DNA from: Solirubrobacterales bacterium
Lineage (GTDB): Bacteria > Actinomycetota > Thermoleophilia > Solirubrobacterales > Solirubrobacteraceae
NCBI GenBank assembly: GCA_025964065.1
Contig: JAOPZO010000087.1
Coordinates: forward strand, 1 to 33,736
Direction: 5' to 3'
Length of the DNA stretch: 33,736 nucleotides
The stretch's first letter is position 1. Every line of letters begins with the position of its first letter. This document shows positions 17,226-23,726 of this stretch, piece after piece. A program made the position numbers and the translations under genes. Under the pieces are notes generated by a model. It saw nothing but the letters and a program-made list of their open reading frames with translations, made no database searches and was not told the DNA's origin.

Positions 17226-18724
17226 GCCGCCTCCGCAAGGGGCTGTCCGCCCTGTTCGAGGGTCATGAGTCGCTCCTCGGTGATCGCGGTGCCGACAAGT
17301 TCCGCGGCGATGCGGCCGCGGCGCATGACCAGGGCCCGGTCGCCGAGCTGGCAGGCCTCCGCGAGATCCGAGGTGGCGAGGACCACAGCGCCGCCGTCGG
17401 CCGCGAAACGGCGGATCGCCCGGTGGAGCTCCTCGCGACTGCCGAGATCCACGCCGGTCGACGGCCCTTCGAGCACGAGCACCTCGGCGCCGGCTTCCAG
17501 CCAGCGGCCGAGCAGCACCTTCTGCTGGTTGCCCCCCGAGAGCCGCGAGATCGACTGGCGCCGGGCCGTCGTCCTCACGCCGAGGCCGGTGACCTGCCGC
17601 TCCGCGGCCGCCACGCGATCGCGCGGCCTGCTCACGTGCCTGCCCGAGGCGGCGAGGCGGCCGAGATCGACGTTGTCGGCGAGGTCGCGCTCAGCGAGGA
17701 TCGCCTCGCTTCCGCGGTCCTCGGGAAGGAAGCCGATCCCGCGGCGGACCGCGTCGGCCGGGCTGCGCACCGGTCCGCGACCCACGCGCACGACGCGGCC
17801 CCCGTCGAGCGGCAGGGCTCCGACCAGGACGCGGAGCAGCTCGGTGCGCCCGGAGCCGATGCCCCCGGTGACGACGAGGACCTCGCCGGCGCGGACGTCG
17901 AGCGAGATGCCGTCGAGCTCTCGTCCGCGGCGCAGATCGCGGGCTTCCAGGACCACCGGGCCGGCGGACGGGAGGGCACGCGGAACCGTCTCGTCGAGCG
18001 TCCGGCCGAGCAGCAGCGTGATGAGCTCGTTCAGATCCAGCGAGCGCGTCGGCCGCGTCGTGACGTGACGTCCGTCGCGCAGGACCGTGACCTCGTCGGC
18101 GAGCGCGAAGATCTCCTCCAGGTGATGGGAGACGTAGAGGAACGCCACGCCCTGCTGCTGCACCCTGCGGATCGCTTCGAAGAGGGCCCGCACCTCATCG
18201 GGGCCGAGGGCGGCCGTCGGCTCGTCCATGATCACCACCCGGGCGCGGGCCGACAACGCCCGAGCCACCTCCACGAGCTGCGTCTGGGCCACCGTCAACC
18301 CCCGCATCCGCGTGCGGGGGTCGAGCGTGTCGAGGCCGACCTGCGCCAGGGCCCGTGCCGCGTCCTCGAGCATCGCGCCGCGCCGCAGAAGACCCGCACG
18401 GGTCGGTACGCGCCCGAGGAGGACGTTCTCGGCGACGGTCAGGTCCGGGCAGACGTGGCGCTCCTGCGGCACGAGGAAGACGCCGCGCTCACGCGCCAGC
18501 CGCGGGGTGAGCGCCGCCAGCTCCTCGCCCCCGAGCGTGATCGTCCCACCCGTGGGCGGCACGAGCCCGGCGATGACCTTGATGAGGGTCGACTTGCCGG
18601 CCCCGTTGGCGCCGACGAGCGCGTGGATGGTCCCGGCGCGCAGCTCGAGGCCGACCCCGTCGAGGACGCGCACCGGGCCGTAGCGCTTGACGATCCCGCG
18701 CACGCTGAGGACGGGGCCGCTCAC
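17222..18724 (-). CDS. ABC transporter ATP-binding protein (RbsA type, two fused NBDs), 500 aa
   Basis: Walker A GANGAGKS, Walker B IMDEPT, VSHHLEE, PEDR and signature LSGGNQQKV. Confidence 0.95.
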   Translation of the reverse strand: MSGPVLSVRGIVKRYGPVRVLDGVGLELRAGTIHALVGANGAGKSTLIKVIAGLVPPTGGTITLGGEELAALTPRLARERGVFLVPQERHVCPDLTVAENVLLGRVPTRAGLLRRGAMLEDAARALAQVGLDTLDPRTRMRGLTVAQTQLVEVARALSARARVVIMDEPTAALGPDEVRALFEAIRRVQQQGVAFLYVSHHLEEIFALADEVTVLRDGRHVTTRPTRSLDLNELITLLLGRTLDETVPRALPSAGPVVLEARDLRRGRELDGISLDVRAGEVLVVTGGIGSGRTELLRVLVGALPLDGGRVVRVGRGPVRSPADAVRRGIGFLPEDRGSEAILAERDLADNVDLGRLAASGRHVSRPRDRVAAAERQVTGLGVRTTARRQSISRLSGGNQQKVLLGRWLEAGAEVLVLEGPSTGVDLGSREELHRAIRRFAADGGAVVLATSDLAEACQLGDRALVMRRGRIAAELVGTAITEERLMTLEQGGQPLAEAA

Positions 18725-18726
18725 GC

Positions 18727-19836
18727 TCAGGCCCCGAACGGGATGGCCTTGGTGTACTCGGCGTACCCGAAGGGCGGCAGGTCGTCGATGTTCTCGGCGG
18801 TCGCGACGACCTGCCGGGTGTTGTAGACGACAGGGTCCTTGGTCCCGGGGATCATCTCCCAGCCCTCGAGCCCGACGGTGTCGGCTCCCGGGTCCTCGTC
18901 GCGCTCGAGCTTGGCCCGCAGGACGTTCACCGACGCGACGCCCTGGTCGGCCGCCGAGAACCAGCGGTCACCGGCGAGGTAGACGCCGCCGGCCTTCTTC
19001 AGCCACGGCACCATCCGGTCGTTCCCGTCCGAGGTCAGGTGCAGGATGTCCTTGCGCCCCTGGCGCTCGAGCTCCTGGGCGATCGCCACGCCCATCTCGG
19101 CGGCGTAGTCGATGACGACCTTCGCGTCGGGGTGCGCGGACAGCATCGGCTTGAACGCCTTGAGGGCGCCGTCGGCGGTGTAGAAGCCCTGCTGGGAGGA
19201 CGCGACCTCGAGCCCCGGGTAGGCCTTCAGCGCCTGTTTGAAGCCCTGCTTGTAGCCCTCGGACAGGGGCTGCGCGTCGAGCCCCGTGACTTCGAGGATC
19301 TTCCCCTCGGTGATGCCCTTGGTCTTCGCGATGAACTCGACGCTCTGGCGGCCGTGGGTCTCGGACTCGATGGCGAACGCCGCGAGGTAGACCTCGTCCG
19401 CCTCGGCGTCGGTCGGGAACCACAGCTGGGAGATCACCGGGATGCCCTGCTCCTTGGCCTCGACCGCAGCCCGGGAGGCACCGTCGGCGCTCGCCGCGAG
19501 GATGATCAGCCCGTCCGGCTGGCGCGCGATCAGCTGCTTGATGTTGGCCGACTCCTTGCTCGCGTCGAACGCGGCCTCGGCTCCGATCAACTTGTAGGCG
19601 GTTCCCGCCAGCGCCTTCAGCACGCCTTCGGCCGTGTTCTGGTCGTAGGTGTTGAAGCCGTTCAGCGAGAGGGCGATCGTCTTCCCCTCGCCCGGCCTGC
19701 CGCCGGCGGCGGCCGGAGACGAGTCGGCGTCGTCGCCGCACGCGGCGAGGGCGCCGAGTGCCCCGAAGCTCGCCAGGGCCCCGGCCCCGGCGCGCAGGAT
19801 CTGGCGGCGCGAGAGCGGCTCCGTCACCCAGCTCAT
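18727..19836 (-). CDS. RbsB/LacI-fold solute-binding lipoprotein with Tat signal, about 369 aa
   Basis: SRRQIL twin-arginine motif, LAAC lipobox, LIARQPDGLII and GIPVI. The start could instead be GTG 19827. Confidence 0.85.
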   Translation of the reverse strand: MSWVTEPLSRRQILRAGAGALASFGALGALAACGDDADSSPAAAGGRPGEGKTIALSLNGFNTYDQNTAEGVLKALAGTAYKLIGAEAAFDASKESANIKQLIARQPDGLIILAASADGASRAAVEAKEQGIPVISQLWFPTDAEADEVYLAAFAIESETHGRQSVEFIAKTKGITEGKILEVTGLDAQPLSEGYKQGFKQALKAYPGLEVASSQQGFYTADGALKAFKPMLSAHPDAKVVIDYAAEMGVAIAQELERQGRKDILHLTSDGNDRMVPWLKKAGGVYLAGDRWFSAADQGVASVNVLRAKLERDEDPGADTVGLEGWEMIPGTKDPVVYNTRQVVATAENIDDLPPFGYAEYTKAIPFGA

Positions 19837-19930
19837 GGTCGAACAGTCCAGCTCCCAGATGTGGTCGCAATCAGGCACGTGTTCCGTCCTCCAAGTTGTC
19901 ACCCGCGGCGCTTGCCGCAGCGTCCGGGCC

Positions 19931-19959
19931 ACGATGCGCCCGCGCCGGATCCAGGTCAA
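19931..19959 (-). promoter_or_regulatory. Housekeeping-sigma-type promoter for the ABC-hyuAB-M20 operon
   Basis: Minus strand TTGACC (19959-19954), 17-nt spacer, CATCGT (19936-19931). Confidence 0.55.
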
Positions 19960-19965
19960 GCCGGT

Positions 19966-19980
19966 GTTCGCTGAGCGGAT
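19966..19980. promoter_or_regulatory. Putative IclR-family operator GTTCGCTGAGCGGAT
   Basis: 15-bp imperfect palindrome (5 of 7 pairs) 6 bp upstream of the -35 element, beside the IclR gene. Further GTTCGG elements lie at 19998-20036. Confidence 0.45.
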
Positions 19981-20078
19981 GCGAAAGGCGACTTCGGCCG
20001 AACTTTGCCGTTCGGTCCACACGGTTCGGACCACATGTCCTGCACGAGGCGACGGTCGACGCGCCACCCTCGTTCGGC

Positions 20079-20858
20079 ATGAGACCACCCCAAGACGAGG
20101 CTCCGTCCTATACCCGCCTGCAAGGGGTCGGAAGGACGTTCGACATCCTCGAAGCGCTCGCGGAGCAGCCGATGACCGCGACCGCACTGGCGACCCGACT
20201 CGAGATGAACTGGTCCACGCTCTACCGCAACCTGTCGAGCCTCGCCGAGCTCGGATACGTCGAGCGTCGGGGCGACCACTACGCCATCGGGATGCGGCTG
20301 TACGCCCTCGGGTCGGCCTTCCTGCCCGAGCTCGCGCTGAACAACGTCGCCCGTCCGCACCTCCACGCGGCCTCCACGGTGACGCGCTCGGTCGCGCAGC
20401 TCATCACGCGCGACGACCGACGCTCCGTCGTGCTCGCCGCCTGCGAAGCCTCCGCCGGCCACGTGCCCGAGACCTCGATCGGGAACAACTTCCCGCTTCA
20501 CTGCGGGTCCAAGGGCCACGTGCTCCTCACCTATGCGGATGAGGCCTTCGTCGATGAGTACCTCAGTCGACCGTTGGAGCGCCTGACCCCGGAGACGATC
20601 ACCGATCCGGGCCTGCTGCGGGATCGGCTCGCGCAGGTCCGCGCGCAGGGCTACGCGGTGACCGAACGCGACGTCCGGTCGTTCTCCTCCTCGGTGGCCG
20701 CTCCCGTGTTCGACCGCTCGGGAACGACCGTGGCCTCGGTCACGCTGGTCGTGCGGCCCGAGGACCTGCGCGTGCAGCGGCCGCGTCTGGTTCAGCTGGT
20801 GCGGCAGACGGCCACGGCGATCAGCCGGAGCCTGCGGTCCCAGATCAGCCCCGGTTGA
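20079..20858 (+). CDS. IclR-family transcriptional regulator, 259 aa
   Basis: GVGRTFDILEAL, WSTLYRNLSSL...GYV, PLHCGSKG, LTPETIT, VRAQGYAV, SVAAPVFD. Confidence 0.93.
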   Translation: MRPPQDEAPSYTRLQGVGRTFDILEALAEQPMTATALATRLEMNWSTLYRNLSSLAELGYVERRGDHYAIGMRLYALGSAFLPELALNNVARPHLHAASTVTRSVAQLITRDDRRSVVLAACEASAGHVPETSIGNNFPLHCGSKGHVLLTYADEAFVDEYLSRPLERLTPETITDPGLLRDRLAQVRAQGYAVTERDVRSFSSSVAAPVFDRSGTTVASVTLVVRPEDLRVQRPRLVQLVRQTATAISRSLRSQISPG

Positions 20859-20976
20859 CGCACCGGAGCTCCCCCGGTTCGGTCGACGGCGCGATGCGGC
20901 ATGCCCCCGGACGAGCGCCGCGCCGATCGCGTCGAGACGCCCGCTCAGCGCCCACTCCCGGCCCCGGCCCCCCGGC

Positions 20977-23277
20977 TCATGCCCCCACCGGGACCGCAGG
21001 CGCGGGCGCTGCGTCCTCGGCCGGGACGTGCACCGGCGGCGGCGGCGCGCCCTCGACCTGCAGCTGCGGCAGCCACTCGAGCCAGCGCGGGAGGTACCAG
21101 TTGCGCTCGCCGAGCAGGCCCATCGCCGCGGGGATGAGCAGCAGCCGGACGAGGGTCGCGTCGAGGGCGAGCGCGATCGCGATGCCGAAGCCCATCTCCT
21201 GGAAGGCGACGAGCTCGCCGGTGGCGAAGCCGGTGAAGACGACGACGATGATGGCTGCTGCGCCGGTGATCAGGCGGGCGGTCGAGGCCACGCCGTGGAC
21301 GATCGCGCCGGCGGTGTCCCCCGTCGCGCTCCATCGCTCGTGGATGCGGCTGAGCAGGAACACCTGGTAGTCCATGGAGAGTCCGAACAGCACGCTGAAC
21401 AGGAAGATCGGGATCCACGAGTCGATGCGCTCGACTTCGGTGAAGCCCAGGAGCTCCGCTCCGACGCCCTTCTGGAAGACGAGCACGAGGATGCCGTAGG
21501 CCGCGCCGACGGACAGCAGGTTCACGACGATCGCGGTGAGGGGGATCGCGATGGACCGGAACGCGAGCGTCAGGAGGACGAAGCTGGCCGCGAGCACCAG
21601 GGCGATCACGATCGGCAGCCAGTCCCGGCTGACCGCGAAGGCGTCCTGCGCCTCGGCGGGTGCACCGCCGACGAAGACGCGGTCCGCCCGCGCGCCGAAC
21701 GCGCTCGGGACGTGCTCCTCGCGGAGGCGGTCGACGGCGGCGGATGCGCGCCCGCTGGTCGGCTCGACCGCGAGCGGCAGCGCCCCCACGGTGACGCGGG
21801 GCCCGGTCTCGAGCGTGAAGGCCCCCGCGGCGAAGTCGCGATCCCCTGCGAGCCGGGCGCGTAGTCGGGTGAAGCCCAGCTGGGTCACGGGGTCGGTCGG
21901 GCCCGCGTCCGCGACGATGGTCACGGGGTCGGTCGCGCCGCTCGGGAAGTCGCGCTGCAAGGCGATGAGGCCCTGCTTGGACGCGGTCCCGCTGGGCAGC
22001 GCCGAGGTCCCCCCGTCGCCGAGACGCAGGTCGAGCACCGGGGAGGCGAGGGCGAGGAGCACCGCTGCGCCGAGGATGAGGCTGACCGCGGGACGGCGCA
22101 GCACCGCCGTGACCGCGCGCTTCCAGAGGCGGCCCTCCTCGCCGGCCGCGGCGGCGACGCGACGCCCGAGCCAGGGCACGCGCAGGCGCTCGACGCGATC
22201 GTCGAGGACCATCAGCAGCGCCGGGTGGAAGGTGAGGGCGACGAGGACCGACACGATCCCGACGATGACGGCGCCGAGGCCCAGGCTGCGCAGCGTGGTG
22301 TCGGGCACGAGCAGCATGGCGAGCATGGCGAGGACGAAGGCCGCCCCGCTGAAGACGACCGCGCGGGTCGCGGTGCCGGCGACGACGACGATCGCGTCGC
22401 GTGTCCCCCTCCCGCGGTGTCGTTCCTCGCGCAGCCGGGAGATGATGAACAGGGAGTAGTCGACGCCGAGCGCGAGCCCCATGGCGACGACCATGTTCAG
22501 GATGAAGAGGTTGAGGGGGAAGGCCTGCCCGACAACCGCCGTGACCGCAAGGGCCACGACGATCGAGACGATCGCCATGAGCATCGGGATCGCGACGCCG
22601 AACAGGGTGCCGACGACCAGCAGCAGGACGACGAGCGCTGCCGGCAGGCCGAACCGCAGTTCGCCCTGGCTGAGATCGCTCTCGGAGAGCTCCGTGAGGT
22701 CCCGGTCCAGCGTGAAGGCCCCGGTGATCTCGGCGGTGACGTCCGCGCTCCGGTCGGACCGCTCCACGGCGGTGATCACGTCAGCGACGTGGTCCGCCTG
22801 CGGGTGGCCGAGGGTGACGGGCAGCAACGCCGCATGCCGGTCGCCCGAGACGAGCATCTCCCCCTCTGGATCGAGGTAGCTCCGGATCTGCTCCACCCCA
22901 CCCGTGCCGCGGAGCTCCGCCGTCAGCGCCCGCACGCGAGCGACGAAGGCGGCGTCGGAGACGACGAAGCGCTCGGACCGCAGCACGATGACCTCGTCGA
23001 CCCCCGACTGGCCCGGCAACCGCGTGTCGATGAGCTTCTGGGCAGCGGCCGACTCCGGATGGTTGGTCAGGCTCGAATCGGAGGTCAGCGCGGAGCCGAG
23101 CAGCGTGCCGATCAGCCCGAGCGACACGACGACGACGACGCCCCACGCCGCGAGCATGCGCCAGGGGCGGCGCGTGGCGGCCTCGGCGAGGCGCCGCGGC
23201 CCGAACCTGGACCCGGACCCGGACCCCGAAGGCGATGCGGACGGGGACGGGGGCTGCGGGGAGTTCGAGCGGTGCAT
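20977..23277 (-). CDS. MMPL-family (RND) transporter, 766 aa
   Basis: AAGGAG RBS. Paired TM motifs GLALGVDYSLF and FGLSMDYQVFL, plus DATLVRLLLIPA and NWYLPRWL. Confidence 0.93.
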   Translation of the reverse strand: MHRSNSPQPPSPSASPSGSGSGSRFGPRRLAEAATRRPWRMLAAWGVVVVVSLGLIGTLLGSALTSDSSLTNHPESAAAQKLIDTRLPGQSGVDEVIVLRSERFVVSDAAFVARVRALTAELRGTGGVEQIRSYLDPEGEMLVSGDRHAALLPVTLGHPQADHVADVITAVERSDRSADVTAEITGAFTLDRDLTELSESDLSQGELRFGLPAALVVLLLVVGTLFGVAIPMLMAIVSIVVALAVTAVVGQAFPLNLFILNMVVAMGLALGVDYSLFIISRLREERHRGRGTRDAIVVVAGTATRAVVFSGAAFVLAMLAMLLVPDTTLRSLGLGAVIVGIVSVLVALTFHPALLMVLDDRVERLRVPWLGRRVAAAAGEEGRLWKRAVTAVLRRPAVSLILGAAVLLALASPVLDLRLGDGGTSALPSGTASKQGLIALQRDFPSGATDPVTIVADAGPTDPVTQLGFTRLRARLAGDRDFAAGAFTLETGPRVTVGALPLAVEPTSGRASAAVDRLREEHVPSAFGARADRVFVGGAPAEAQDAFAVSRDWLPIVIALVLAASFVLLTLAFRSIAIPLTAIVVNLLSVGAAYGILVLVFQKGVGAELLGFTEVERIDSWIPIFLFSVLFGLSMDYQVFLLSRIHERWSATGDTAGAIVHGVASTARLITGAAAIIVVVFTGFATGELVAFQEMGFGIAIALALDATLVRLLLIPAAMGLLGERNWYLPRWLEWLPQLQVEGAPPPPVHVPAEDAAPAPAVPVGA

Positions 23278-23279
23278 GG

Positions 23280-23639
23280 CTACTCCTTGACGGGGTTCGG
23301 TTGGGTGGAGGCGCTGGTCCGCCGCTGCGCGCACGCGATCCAGGAGGCGAGGACGCTGTCCGGGTGGTCGACGAGGTGCTCGCGCGCCAGGGCGTCGACG
23401 AGGTCTCGGTCGCCCCGCACATGGGCCGCGGCGATGGCCACGAGCTGGCGGTCCCGCGTCGTCGTGGCGACGGCTCGAGCACGGACGAGCAGGACGTCGC
23501 CGTCGGTGGCGCAGAGCGCGGCCGCCACCAGGACCACCGGGTCCTCGCTGGACTCGGCGGCGTCGGCGACGGCCGCCACGGTGGCCGGGTCGTCCCCGAG
23601 GAGCGCGTGGAGCAGGTGGTCGGTGGGCGTCGGCCGCAT
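23280..23639 (-). CDS. Small helical hypothetical protein, 119 aa
   Basis: Tail of the long 23280..26471 frame from ATG 23639. Codons are GC3-rich, the stop lies 2 nt from the MMPL ATG and its last codons contain the MMPL RBS. Motifs ATTTRDRQLVAIAAAH and EHLVDHPD..LASWI. Confidence 0.75.
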   Translation of the reverse strand: MRPTPTDHLLHALLGDDPATVAAVADAAESSEDPVVLVAAALCATDGDVLLVRARAVATTTRDRQLVAIAAAHVRGDRDLVDALAREHLVDHPDSVLASWIACAQRRTSASTQPNPVKE

Positions 23640-23660
23640 GGGACCAAGGTCGCCGGGAGC

Positions 23661-23693
23661 GCTGACACCTCGCTGACAGCTCCCTGACAGCTC
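23661..23693. promoter_or_regulatory. Three 11-bp direct repeats, SARP/AfsR-type binding site
   Basis: GCTGACACCTC GCTGACAGCTC CCTGACAGCTC. On the minus strand they are followed by 9 nt, -10-like GACCTT, 6 nt and ATG 23639. Confidence 0.75.
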
Positions 23694-23714
23694 GCTTCGC
23701 TGTTGCCGCAGGCG

Positions 23715-23720
23715 TAGGCT
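23715..23720 (+). promoter_or_regulatory. -10 element of a leaderless SARP transcript
   Basis: TAGGCT lies 6 nt before GTG 23727 and there is no RBS. Confidence 0.6.
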
Positions 23721-23726
23721 CCGGCG

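Noticed and set aside
17455-17485. Altered Walker B (VLEGPST) in the second NBD of the ABC ATPase
   Set aside because: It belongs to the site that is normally degenerate in RbsA-type proteins. The working site (NBD1 Walker A/B plus NBD2 LSGGNQ) is intact.
23209-23226. (GGACCC)x3 repeat at the MMPL N-terminus
   Set aside because: A short in-frame Gly-Ser linker in a disordered tail, with no evident consequence.
23661-23693. Direct repeats as a mini-CRISPR or iteron array
   Set aside because: The units are 11 bp with no spacers and there are no cas or rep genes. Position and period fit a SARP operator.
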